From the NCBI GenBank assembly GCA_964643275.1, contig CAZXRL010000001.1:728-64727 (forward strand): a DNA stretch of 64,000 bases. The letters run 5' to 3'. The position numbers and the translations under genes are program-made. The stretch is from an uncultured Candidatus Brevefilum sp. GTDB lineage: Bacteria; Chloroflexota; Anaerolineae; Anaerolineales; Anaerolineaceae. Below, in pieces: positions 49,199 through 59,063 of the stretch; position 1 is the stretch's first letter, and every line of letters begins with the position of its first letter. The notes beneath the pieces were generated by a model, which saw only the letters and a program-made list of their open reading frames with translations, did no database searches and was not told the DNA's origin.

Positions 49199-50395
49199 AT
49201 GACGATAAGTCAGACTCGCTATGAATCGCTAATCCGGCTGGCGAAGCAAAAACTCAGAGAAGGAAAACGCAGAGCGGCTAAAGAAGTTGCTCATTTTGCG
49301 GTTGTGCATTATCCCAATGGATTTGAAGGATGGCTAATCCTTGGCGGGTTATCAGCCCCTGAAAATCGAATGAAATATTTGTCTCGCGCAAAAGATATTG
49401 CACCGAGCAATCCCCTTGTCATCAACGCCATGGCATGGGCGTCAACTCAATCACCATCCCGATCATTGCCCCCTCGTCAAAAAGCAGCTCCTATTGAGTT
49501 TACGCAGCCGATCAGGCGGATACCTCCGATTCCCTCTGATGTCGTAACCGAGAATAGGTATCGTGTTTGGGTCGGTGCTGGCCTGTTTATCATTCTCCTG
49601 ACAGCTCTTTTCTTCGGAATGGGTCTCTTGGGGAATCACCCGAATCTCACTAACAGGAATTTCAGCATGTTGAACCCGGCATCCTTTATCAAGCCTTCTC
49701 AGACATTTTCACCAGACTTGTATACCGGGCAGGACATCCTTATTGAAGGGCTTTCAAGCAATACGCCTGAACCGACAATCCAGCCCTCGCCAACCCCAAC
49801 CCCAACCATCATCCCAGACCTCTTTGGATGTTCTATGGAGATATCCTTTATCTCTGGTCCCGTAGTAGGCGAAGGGACAAACTTCACCATGCTCGCCAAG
49901 TCATATTTCTATGACAAAGGCGATAAATTTGATATCGGTAAAAACACCGGCATTTTCTATGATGACTTGGGGTATGTCATTCTCCACTCAGGTTATCAGG
50001 ATGGAAATCTGTTGTCACCGTTGGAAATTGAGTTCCTGAGAAAGTATCTTGAACTTTGGGGTAATAGTGGAACGGCATATATTGAAGATAAGATTCAAGA
50101 GCTGAAGGGATCTGAGGTGATTTGGCGCTGTGATAACCGCCAGGTTATGACAACGATTGTTGAAGATGTCATCCGCTTATCACATGATGCATCCAACCAA
50201 TTATGGCTGGAACCCTACACCATGTTTCAGCTGATTGATGATCGACCCGGAATAGCTTCTGAATGGGTTGGAGAATTGGACTATTCAGATAAAAAATCAA
50301 TTTATCTTGGCTTTTGCGGCTGGGGGCCACCTGAGATCTCATCCGGCAGAAGCGTCTATTACCGCTACCTTGTCAGACTTAGTATTGTCGACTGA
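49199..50395 (+). CDS. TPR-like N-domain, TM, Pro/Thr linker and putative divergent sortase-like domain (paralogue B)
   Basis: YVILH263S, ELKGSEVIW, IYLGFC373GWG, R384/R389; TM near aa 123-144. The CDS is secure; the function is inferred. Confidence 0.6.
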   Translation: MTISQTRYESLIRLAKQKLREGKRRAAKEVAHFAVVHYPNGFEGWLILGGLSAPENRMKYLSRAKDIAPSNPLVINAMAWASTQSPSRSLPPRQKAAPIEFTQPIRRIPPIPSDVVTENRYRVWVGAGLFIILLTALFFGMGLLGNHPNLTNRNFSMLNPASFIKPSQTFSPDLYTGQDILIEGLSSNTPEPTIQPSPTPTPTIIPDLFGCSMEISFISGPVVGEGTNFTMLAKSYFYDKGDKFDIGKNTGIFYDDLGYVILHSGYQDGNLLSPLEIEFLRKYLELWGNSGTAYIEDKIQELKGSEVIWRCDNRQVMTTIVEDVIRLSHDASNQLWLEPYTMFQLIDDRPGIASEWVGELDYSDKKSIYLGFCGWGPPEISSGRSVYYRYLVRLSIVD

Positions 50396-50913
50396 TCTCT
50401 CTCCGTACAACCCTAACAATCAAATTTTCGATTAATTCCGGATAAATTAAGTCTTCTGCCTGGCTCTTTTCTTTAGGATGTAAATTGGGGGCAATGATCT
50501 ATGAAACGCTTGCACACCATCGTTAATTTCTATTAATTCTCCTCCAATAAATAACAGACGAGCTTATCACAAACCAAATGCTCACTCGTTGTAACCAAAC
50601 CCTCCCTAAATCTATCGTCAGAAACTAACCAAAAGCTGATTAATCCTTATCCCATAATTGATAAGTGGAATTTAATCATTAATTTATTTGTTACACATTT
50701 GTAATTAATCCTTATTTACAAATGGGAGAATTCTGGTATTATTAGCTTTAGATTAATTTCGTGAGGACTATTCTGAAAATTATAATAAGTTTCTTGCATA
50801 TCAAGTTAATGATTTATTTATTTTCAAGTATTAGTCATTCACCTCATCGTTAAATAAATTTACTTCTTATCCGGGTCCTCACAATTTAGGTCGTTATGCA
50901 GAGGAGCATAAAA

Positions 50914-52737
50914 ATGAAAAAGAGTATCTTCATAATCATAATGGTGGCTGTCATTCTTATCCCCCTTGCGGTCGTTTATGGCAGTGGGTATGGCAATTCA
51001 CCAAAATCGGAATGCGCCGGCTACGATTACTGGCGCAAATTTGATCAGAATGGAAGTGTTGAAGAGCAAAGTACCGAATTAAACCCGATCAGCGTCACAC
51101 TGACATCGCAGAACAGTGACGGCGAATACACCGGGTTTAATTGGGGCTCAGCAACCGGTATCTGGAAAATCGTGGTGAAATCAGGAAATGATGGCACCAA
51201 TCAATACGCATTTAACTCGCCCTACCCAACCAGTGGTTCCGGCGCCACAAATGAAGATAAGGAGATTAGTCATCTCACATTCTGCTGGAACGAACCGGCG
51301 CCTGATCCAACACCAGAACCTACACCAGAACCCACAGCCGAACCTATCCCCGATCCCATATATTCAATTACCTTGAATAAATCAGCAAGTCCGTTAACCT
51401 TTTCCGCTGAGGGTGACGTGATTGATTACAGCTACGTCATCACAAACACTGGAAACACGCTCCTGTACCCGCCTTACACCGTTTCTGATGACAGGGTCCC
51501 CGTATCCTGTCCATCAACACCCGAAAACCTTGCGCCCGGGGCCGCCATTTCATGCGCGGCAGCTTACACAATTAGCCTTGAGGACGTGAATGCCGGCAGC
51601 GTCACCAATGTAGCCGTTGCTGCGGTCCAGGATGAAAAAGGTCAACATGTCACCTCTAATCAAGATGACGCAACAGTCACATTAGACCAGGTCAAAGCTC
51701 TTGGTCTGATAAAAACAGCTTCACCTGATACCTTCAGCTCCATGGGTGAAAGCATCACTTACAGCTACCAACTGAGGAACAATGGCAATAGCCCACTTAC
51801 AGCCCCGTTCAGTGTGATCGATGATAAGGTGACCGTCTTCTGCCCTGAAGAACCGGACATCTTGAACCCATCTGAAAGCCTGATCTGCACAGCCACCTAT
51901 GTCATATCCCAGGCAGATCTGGTCGCAGGAAGTGTTACGAATATCGCCACAGGTTTTGCGGAGGGTGGAAGTGTTGCTTCAAATACCGACACAGAAACAG
52001 TTGAAGGCCCCAAATCAGAACCCTCCATCAGACTTGATAAGGAAGTGGCAGCGGTGAACGGTAATCCAGCGCTGACCTTCTTTTCCAAAGCTGGGGATGT
52101 GATCTCTTATTCATTCACGATCACAAATACAGGCAATGGAGAGCTTAATAATGTACTGATCTCAGATCCCGCAGCCGTGGTTACTGGCAGCCCGATCGAA
52201 AGCCTTTCACCCGGGCAAACTGACAACACAAGTTTCACTGCGACCTATACAATCACCCAGACTGATCTGGAGACAGGTTCATTTACAAACACTGCTTCCG
52301 TGACCAGCCTGGCACCAGATGGTTCTACTGTCTCAGATGATGATTCTGCAGCTATCGAAGGGCGTCAGGAAATTGGTTCCATCCAGCTTGTCAAAGAAGT
52401 TGTGGCTGTGAACGATGTTCTCGGTGTAGAAAAATTCAGCCTGGTCGGAGACAAAATCACCTACGCTTTCACTGTGACGAACACAGGAAATGCGGTTCTT
52501 ACCGATGTCATCGTTTCAGATCCTGGAACGGATGTTCATGGTGGGTCAATCGCCAATCTTGCGCCAGGTGAGAGTGACAGCACAACTTTCACTGCAACCT
52601 ACTTTATCACGCAGAATGACCTCAACCTGGGCTCATTAACAAATACAGCAACTGTTGTCGGAACAACGCCTGCCGGAGAAATTGTCTCAGCCGAAGCTTC
52701 TGCTGTGATTGAACGAGATCCAAGACAACTGTATTAA
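50914..52737 (+). CDS. secreted protein: small N-terminal Cys domain, PEPT linker, 4 DUF11-like Ig repeats
   Basis: signal peptide; IVVKSG...ISHLTFC; repeats I.L.K...I.Y.F.ITNTGN...TN.A; AGGAG RBS. Confidence 0.85.
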   Translation: MKKSIFIIIMVAVILIPLAVVYGSGYGNSPKSECAGYDYWRKFDQNGSVEEQSTELNPISVTLTSQNSDGEYTGFNWGSATGIWKIVVKSGNDGTNQYAFNSPYPTSGSGATNEDKEISHLTFCWNEPAPDPTPEPTPEPTAEPIPDPIYSITLNKSASPLTFSAEGDVIDYSYVITNTGNTLLYPPYTVSDDRVPVSCPSTPENLAPGAAISCAAAYTISLEDVNAGSVTNVAVAAVQDEKGQHVTSNQDDATVTLDQVKALGLIKTASPDTFSSMGESITYSYQLRNNGNSPLTAPFSVIDDKVTVFCPEEPDILNPSESLICTATYVISQADLVAGSVTNIATGFAEGGSVASNTDTETVEGPKSEPSIRLDKEVAAVNGNPALTFFSKAGDVISYSFTITNTGNGELNNVLISDPAAVVTGSPIESLSPGQTDNTSFTATYTITQTDLETGSFTNTASVTSLAPDGSTVSDDDSAAIEGRQEIGSIQLVKEVVAVNDVLGVEKFSLVGDKITYAFTVTNTGNAVLTDVIVSDPGTDVHGGSIANLAPGESDSTTFTATYFITQNDLNLGSLTNTATVVGTTPAGEIVSAEASAVIERDPRQLY

Positions 52738-52829
52738 CTATTTCAGGTGCAAAGATCACCTTTTGTTATCGGTCCAAATTACTGTATCTTTTCTTTGGGA
52801 GATCAGCGTATTGGTCTGAGGAGATAAAC

Positions 52830-55800
52830 ATGAAATCAAAAACCAGATTAATTATTTCGATAGTTGTGATCATGGCAGCTCTGGGAGTTGCCCTCAGAAC
52901 GGTGGCAACTGCTGAGACACCTACGTACGAACTCACCTCCTCATCAGGGGTCTGGTCATCCGTGGTGGGTGGTGGTGACACCGTTACTGGCGTGGGAACC
53001 AATGAGATCCGTTGGGGCAATCAAATAGCAGGATACCAAAAAAGCGGCCTTCGGTTTGACGGTGTGCCCACCCAGAGCTTCAGTGAAGGTGAAACATTCA
53101 CCCTTGGAACACTCACCCATATGAACTGGCCTGTTTACGAACCTGCGGCAACAGGGGCAACCCTGCAAATCACGCTGGATTTTAATGTCCCTGACATCAC
53201 ACCAAACCCGCAATTCAGCTTTAGCTTTGAGATCGATGAAACCCCTAACAAGGACCACGAATCTCAATGTGCTGTCTGGCATACACCTGGCAAGCCCCCC
53301 TGTGATGATATGGTCACTTTTCCAAACCAGTATGGTCAGGAAACTTTCAAAATTGGTGACAAATTGTACACCCTGATGATTGAAGGGTTCGTCAATTCAG
53401 CTGGTGAAACCGTACCTGGATTCATCACTCATGAACGTGAAAACAATGAGGCTTTCCTCATTGGTTCGCTTTCCTCTGTCCTGGTTGCGGAACCCGATAT
53501 CACAATCACAAAGAAAACGAATAATATGGATGTCGAGTCCGCCCCAGGACCGTACCTTTATGTCGGTGAGCCTGTGACCTGGCAGTATGTTGTCCAGAAC
53601 ACCGGAAACGTTGACCTGACTGAAATTACCGTGGTTGACGATCAGGAAGGGACGGTAACCTGCCCTGGAACGACCCTCGCTGCCGGCGAGTTGATGACAT
53701 GCACACTCTCCGGGACGGTATCGACCGGACAATACATCAATACCGCCACCGTTTCCGGGAACCCCTCAGAAGGGGACCCTGTCACGGATTCAGATACCAG
53801 TTATTACTTCGGGATTGATCCGAGTATTACCCTTGAGAAAACGGCCGATCCCGTGGCCTTCACTGCTACCGGTCAGACGATCACTTACTCATTTTCTGTA
53901 GAAAATACAGGCGATTCGACTTTGACACATGTCAAGATTAATGACCCTCTTACGGGATCGGTTAATTTACCAGTGAATCCCTCAACCTTAGCGCCAGGTG
54001 AAACCGGAACAGCTACAGCCACGTATTCAACAACCCAGGCTGACTTCGATGCAGGTCAAATCCTGAATACAGCAATTGTCACTGCAAAAGATTTGAAAGG
54101 AAATCTGGTCCAGGATGAGGATGACGCAATTGTGGAAGGTCCGAAAACAGGAGCTTCAATCAATCTGGTCAAGGAAGTCGCAGCCGTCAATAGTGACCCC
54201 CTGATCAATGAATTCAGCCAGATTGGTGATGTTATCTCATACACATTCGTAGTAACGAATGACGGGCCATTTACTCTAACTAATATCACACTCACAGACC
54301 CTGATGTATCCGTCAGCGGCGGACCTATCGCTTCACTGGCACCTGGCGCCTCTGACAACTCAACCTTCACAGCGACTTACACCATCACTCAAGAAGATAT
54401 TGATGCGGGTGAATTCATCAACACTGCTACGGTTACAGGTCTATCCTTGGTGGGAGAATCGGTTTCAGATTCGGACAGTGCAACAACTGCCGGCCCTGCA
54501 GCAAATCCTGCGATCTCATTGATCAAAGAAGTGGCGGAAATCAATGACAATCCCTCGTTGACAAATTACAGCCAGGCCGGTGATGTAATCACTTATGCCT
54601 TCACAATCACAAACACAGGCAATGTGACCCTGACGAATATTGTTTTATCCGACCCTGATGCCACAGTGACCGGAGGACCCATCGAAAGCCTGGCTCCAGG
54701 GGAGAGCGACAGCACCAGTTTCTCTGCCACTTACACGGTTACTCAGGAAGATATTGACGCCGGTTCATTCACAAATATCGCAACAGTGACGGGTGATCCA
54801 CCGAAAGGCGCATCAGTCACTGACACTGACGATGCTGTTGCCCCGGGACCAGGAGCAGCACCTTCGATTGATTTAGATAAGACCGTTGCAGAGATCAATG
54901 GCAACCCTGGAACGACAGTCTACAGCCAGGTTGGTAATGTAATAACCTATGCCTTCACCATTACCAACACAGGCAATGTAACCCTGACGAATGTAAGTCT
55001 ATCTGATCCTGATGCATCGGTAACAGGTGGGCCGATCGTTTCTCTGGCCCCGGGTGAAATTGACAACTCAACATTCACTGCCACCTACATAATCAAACAA
55101 AGTGACATTGATGCCGGATCATTCTCAAACACCGCCACAGTGACAGGCACCCCTCCTTTCGGAGATAATGTCACCGATCAGGATACAGAAAGTGTCGATG
55201 GGCCTCAAACAGGTGCGGCGATTAGTCTGACAAAAGATGTCGCAGCAGTCAATGGTGAGACTGGTGTTGATGTTTACAGCCAGCTGGGTGACACGATTAC
55301 CTATCGTTTTACTGTCACGAACACTGGCACATTCACACTTACCAATATCACACTCACTGATCCTGACGCAACCGTGTCAGGTGGCCCAATTGCAAGCCTC
55401 GCGCCTGGTGCGAGTGATAGTACCACTTTCACTGCAGCTCATACCATCACACAAGCTGATCTGGATGCCGGTGCGTTTACCAATACCGCTGTTGTGACGG
55501 GAAGAGCGCCGAACGGCAGCACAGTTTCAGATGACGATGATGCAAATGTGGAAGGGCCAAAAACGGGTGGGTCCATCAGCCTGATCAAAACTGCGAATCC
55601 AACCGCCTATACCCAAGTTGGCGACCAGATTACCTATACCTTTACCGCCACCAATGATGGCCTTTTCACACTCACAAGTGTCGAAATTGAAGATCTATTA
55701 CCCGGTTTGTCAGCCCTGGTCTGTTCTCCGAACCAACCGACGACCTTATCACCCGGTGAAACGATCACTTGTACAGCCACCTACCAGGTCACGCTGTCAG

Positions 55801-57359
55801 ATATCGACACAGGTGAAATCGAAAACACTGCATTTGCCACAGGCCGAGACCCACAGGACGCCCTGGTTCAAGACCAGGATGACGCAATAGTCCAGGGGCC
55901 GGCGCATGATCCGGAAATTTCCCTGCTCAAAACTGCCAACCCCACGACTTATACTCAGGTCGGCAATCTGATCACCTACACATTCACAGTTACCAACACT
56001 GGTAATGTGACCTTGAGCAATGTTGTGGTCGACGATCCGCTGACTGGATCCACCGACCTGCCTGTGTCGCCTTCCACGCTCGTGCCTGGGGGAACCGGGA
56101 CAGCATCCGCAACTTATTCTGTTGTCCAAAGTGATCTTGACGCTGGACAGATCCTGAATACAGCGGTTGCGACCGGTTATGCACCTAACGGCGATCCAGT
56201 GGATGATGAGGATAACGCGACGGTTCAAGGCCCAACTTCTGAGCCTGCGGTTATGCTGGTGAAGACAGCCAACCCTCAGGCCTACCTCGACGTTGGTGAT
56301 GTGATTGTCTACACTTTCGCTGTTACCAACACAGGGAACGTCACATTGACTAATCTGGTCATCAACGACCCTCTCACCGAATCAGTGAATCTTCCTGTTG
56401 TCCTATCCACCCTGGCTCCCGGTGAGTCGGGCACTGCCTCGGCAACCTATACCATCACCCAATCTGACATCAATGCCGGCCAGGTCCTCAATACCGCCAC
56501 TGTCACAGGCGAGGATCCGGGCGGGAATACAGTCGAAGATCAGGATGATGCCACAGTCGAAGGGCCCAAACAGGAGGCGGATGTCACCCTGCTCAAGACC
56601 GCTAACCCGCAGGTCTTTACCAGTGTCGGTGATATCATCACCTATACCTTTACAGTCACCAACACAGGGAACGTCACATTGACGAAGCTCGTGATCAACG
56701 ATGCTCTGACCGGAACGGTTAACCTGTCGGTTACCCCCTCAACCCTGGCTCCCGGTGAGTCGGGCACTGCCTCGGCAACCTATACCATCACCCAATCTGA
56801 CATCAATGCCGGCCAGGTCCTCAATACCGCCACTGTCACAGGCGAGGATCCGGGCGGGAACACGGTGGAAGATCAGGATGATGCCACAGTCGAAGGACCC
56901 AAACAATCTCCGGCCATCAACCTGGTTAAAACAGCCAGCCCGCAGACCTATAGCAAAGTTGGAGATAAGATCACCTATACCTTCACAGTGACCAACACAG
57001 GAAATGTGACTCTGACCAATGTGGTCATAGATGATCCTCTGACGAAATCTGTGAACCTGGCGGTCTCCCCATCCACTCTGACTCCAGGTCAGCAAGGAAC
57101 CGCCACAGCAACTTACACCATCACACAGGCGGACCTCGATGCCGGCAAAGTCGTCAACACAGCAACTGCAACAGGGACCAGCGAAGGTGAACAATATTCA
57201 GATACCGATACCGAAACCATAACAAAGGAAACGGATAAAGGTTTGGATCCAACACCTGACAAAGCATCCGGCGGCGTTGATATTAACTACTTCTCGTTCA
57301 TCAATGTCATCTACGATTGGTTCTGCCAGATTGGTTTCCAGTGGGACGGGTGCAAGTAA
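52830..57359 (+). CDS. large adhesin-like protein: THxN (choice-of-anchor K-like) head and 11 DUF11-like repeats
   Basis: IRWG..SGLRFDG..FTLGTLTHMNWP..IDETPN..PCDD head; 11 repeats I.L.K...TNTGNVTL...NTATVTG; ends DKASGG plus aromatic/Cys tail. Confidence 0.88.
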   Translation: MKSKTRLIISIVVIMAALGVALRTVATAETPTYELTSSSGVWSSVVGGGDTVTGVGTNEIRWGNQIAGYQKSGLRFDGVPTQSFSEGETFTLGTLTHMNWPVYEPAATGATLQITLDFNVPDITPNPQFSFSFEIDETPNKDHESQCAVWHTPGKPPCDDMVTFPNQYGQETFKIGDKLYTLMIEGFVNSAGETVPGFITHERENNEAFLIGSLSSVLVAEPDITITKKTNNMDVESAPGPYLYVGEPVTWQYVVQNTGNVDLTEITVVDDQEGTVTCPGTTLAAGELMTCTLSGTVSTGQYINTATVSGNPSEGDPVTDSDTSYYFGIDPSITLEKTADPVAFTATGQTITYSFSVENTGDSTLTHVKINDPLTGSVNLPVNPSTLAPGETGTATATYSTTQADFDAGQILNTAIVTAKDLKGNLVQDEDDAIVEGPKTGASINLVKEVAAVNSDPLINEFSQIGDVISYTFVVTNDGPFTLTNITLTDPDVSVSGGPIASLAPGASDNSTFTATYTITQEDIDAGEFINTATVTGLSLVGESVSDSDSATTAGPAANPAISLIKEVAEINDNPSLTNYSQAGDVITYAFTITNTGNVTLTNIVLSDPDATVTGGPIESLAPGESDSTSFSATYTVTQEDIDAGSFTNIATVTGDPPKGASVTDTDDAVAPGPGAAPSIDLDKTVAEINGNPGTTVYSQVGNVITYAFTITNTGNVTLTNVSLSDPDASVTGGPIVSLAPGEIDNSTFTATYIIKQSDIDAGSFSNTATVTGTPPFGDNVTDQDTESVDGPQTGAAISLTKDVAAVNGETGVDVYSQLGDTITYRFTVTNTGTFTLTNITLTDPDATVSGGPIASLAPGASDSTTFTAAHTITQADLDAGAFTNTAVVTGRAPNGSTVSDDDDANVEGPKTGGSISLIKTANPTAYTQVGDQITYTFTATNDGLFTLTSVEIEDLLPGLSALVCSPNQPTTLSPGETITCTATYQVTLSDIDTGEIENTAFATGRDPQDALVQDQDDAIVQGPAHDPEISLLKTANPTTYTQVGNLITYTFTVTNTGNVTLSNVVVDDPLTGSTDLPVSPSTLVPGGTGTASATYSVVQSDLDAGQILNTAVATGYAPNGDPVDDEDNATVQGPTSEPAVMLVKTANPQAYLDVGDVIVYTFAVTNTGNVTLTNLVINDPLTESVNLPVVLSTLAPGESGTASATYTITQSDINAGQVLNTATVTGEDPGGNTVEDQDDATVEGPKQEADVTLLKTANPQVFTSVGDIITYTFTVTNTGNVTLTKLVINDALTGTVNLSVTPSTLAPGESGTASATYTITQSDINAGQVLNTATVTGEDPGGNTVEDQDDATVEGPKQSPAINLVKTASPQTYSKVGDKITYTFTVTNTGNVTLTNVVIDDPLTKSVNLAVSPSTLTPGQQGTATATYTITQADLDAGKVVNTATATGTSEGEQYSDTDTETITKETDKGLDPTPDKASGGVDINYFSFINVIYDWFCQIGFQWDGCK
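56409..56860 (+). repeat. 119-bp identical direct repeat (56409-56527 and 56742-56860)
   Basis: ACCCTGGCTCCCGGTGAGTCGG...GATCCGGGCGGGAA twice, 333 bp apart. Confidence 0.9.
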
Positions 57360-57483
57360 TCAATACCCCTTCCAAAGGAGTGGCCAGTTTATCATGACAG
57401 GGTCCTGATAAGTTGGTCACCCTAGATATACCCTCAAACGGATTAATTGAGGGAGAAAAAAAGTAAAACAATGGATTTGATTT

Positions 57484-57513
57484 CCAGGGACGGCAGACCC
57501 ATGTCGTCCCTGG
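57484..57513. terminator. terminator hairpin between convergent genes
   Basis: CCAGGGACGGCA / TGTCGTCCCTGG; a second hairpin lies at 57380-57420. Confidence 0.7.
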
Positions 57514-57537
57514 TCATTTTTATTTTCCTCCCCCAGA

Positions 57538-58431
57538 TTAAGATGTCTGCAATTCCTCACCAGCTAACTTTTCGATGACACCCAAAACAGCCGAGTTATC
57601 AAGCTCTCGCATACCCATTTCAAGCATGGCGTTGAATAGCTGCGTGTTAACGGCTGTGGAGGGAAGCGGCACGCCGTATTCACGAGCGGTGTCCATGACA
57701 ATCCCTAGGTCTTTTGCCTGCATATAAGCTTTAAATCCCGGCTGTCTTTCACCAGCAAATAAACGCTGAGGTTTATTTTCAAGAGCCCAACAACCTGCAG
57801 CACCGCCTCTGATCGCGTCAATAACTTTCTCCGGATCAGCGCCAGCTTTTTGAGCAAAGATCAGCAATTCTCCCATCGCCACCATCTGGGCTGCTACCAT
57901 GATCTGATTCGCTACTTTTGCGATCTGTCCATCGCCCAAACCTCCGACATGCGTAATCGTCTGGCCTACCGAACATAAAACAGGCATGACCTTTTCCAAA
58001 GCCTCAGCAGAGCCACCAACCATGATGGTCAGGGTTCCAGCTTTTGCGCCAATATCACCCCCGCTCACCGGCGCATCCAGCATGGTAACACCTTCTTCAG
58101 CCAACCGCTTTCCTATCATTTTGGTATTTGCCGGTTTGATGGTGGAATTGTCAACAAAGATCAATCCCCGGTGCGCACCTTCAAAAATGCCCTCCTCACC
58201 CAAGGCCACCAGCTCCACATCAGGCGAATCCGGAAGATTCGTGAAGACCACATCCACTTGCTGAGCAACTTCTTTCGGGGAATATGCTTCATGGGCTCCC
58301 TCGCCTACCAGTTCCCTAACGCTCTCCCTGCTTCGATTGTGGACGGTCAGATCAAATCCTGCTTTTAATATATTTCGCGCGATCGACTTGCCCATTAAGC
58401 CCAGGCCTATATATCCGATCTTCAATGACAT
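57538..58431 (-). CDS. beta-hydroxyacid dehydrogenase (2-hydroxy-3-oxopropionate reductase-like)
   Basis: IGYIGLGLMG, LDAPVSGG, AKVANQ, KDLG. Confidence 0.9.
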   Translation of the reverse strand: MSLKIGYIGLGLMGKSIARNILKAGFDLTVHNRSRESVRELVGEGAHEAYSPKEVAQQVDVVFTNLPDSPDVELVALGEEGIFEGAHRGLIFVDNSTIKPANTKMIGKRLAEEGVTMLDAPVSGGDIGAKAGTLTIMVGGSAEALEKVMPVLCSVGQTITHVGGLGDGQIAKVANQIMVAAQMVAMGELLIFAQKAGADPEKVIDAIRGGAAGCWALENKPQRLFAGERQPGFKAYMQAKDLGIVMDTAREYGVPLPSTAVNTQLFNAMLEMGMRELDNSAVLGVIEKLAGEELQTS

Positions 58432-58514
58432 TGCATGTCCTTTCTGGAATCCATTGATAATTATTCCATAACCTCATACCCCATTTTACCCGTTCTTCCC
58501 CAACCCTAATAAAA

Positions 58515-58539
58515 AAGGCCGTCTAAAAAAGACAGCCTT
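58515..58539 (-). terminator. intrinsic terminator of the OsmC-family gene
   Basis: AAGGCTGTCT / AGACGGCCTT plus T-run on the minus strand. Confidence 0.7.
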
Positions 58540-58574
58540 GAGTTTGGCCACATCCATTGATCAGGATGATGGTG

Positions 58575-59021
58575 TTATTTCTCAATAACGGGCTCCGACT
58601 GAAGGATTTCAGTCCCATTAACCATGACATCGCTGACCGGGCAGCGCTCCTTGATAAAATGCATAAACTCGGCAACTTTCTCATCCGAGGAGCTGGTCTT
58701 AATGTGCGGTGTAAAGCGGACTTGCTGAAAGCCCTTGCGGACGCCTGGTTTTCCTTTGAGGAAGCCATCAGGGTCGAGGTCCCCTTCCAAATCGACCCAA
58801 AAAGCCTGAAGGTCAATTTCCTGTGACTCTGCGAAGGCAGCAGCTACGATGGTTAAACAAGAACCCAAAGCTGCCAATTGGGCCTCAACCGGGTTCATGC
58901 CCGTATCCGTGCCGCCGAGATTCTTCGGTTCGTCCATCCGGACCGTGAAGTTCCGGACTGTGTTTTCAACCTGCATTCCTTCTATCCATCTACTCGTTGC
59001 TTTGAACGTTGCGATTGGCAT
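58575..59021 (-). CDS. OsmC/Ohr-family protein
   Basis: DEPKNLGGTDTGMNPVE..LAALGSC, RCPV. Confidence 0.92.
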   Translation of the reverse strand: MPIATFKATSRWIEGMQVENTVRNFTVRMDEPKNLGGTDTGMNPVEAQLAALGSCLTIVAAAFAESQEIDLQAFWVDLEGDLDPDGFLKGKPGVRKGFQQVRFTPHIKTSSSDEKVAEFMHFIKERCPVSDVMVNGTEILQSEPVIEK

Positions 59022-59063
59022 CAGTATCTCCTTGTGATTACTGGTCTAAAATGAAATTTATCT

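Noticed and set aside
41243-50395. L,D-transpeptidase call for the two paralogues
   Set aside because: YkuD enzymes have His and Cys about 16-20 aa apart (HxX14-17[S/T]xGC); here they are 110 aa apart and followed by Arg, which fits sortases better.
56409-56860. Diversity-generating retroelement TR/VR pair
   Set aside because: The copies are identical rather than A-mutated, both are in-frame coding, and no reverse transcriptase is present.
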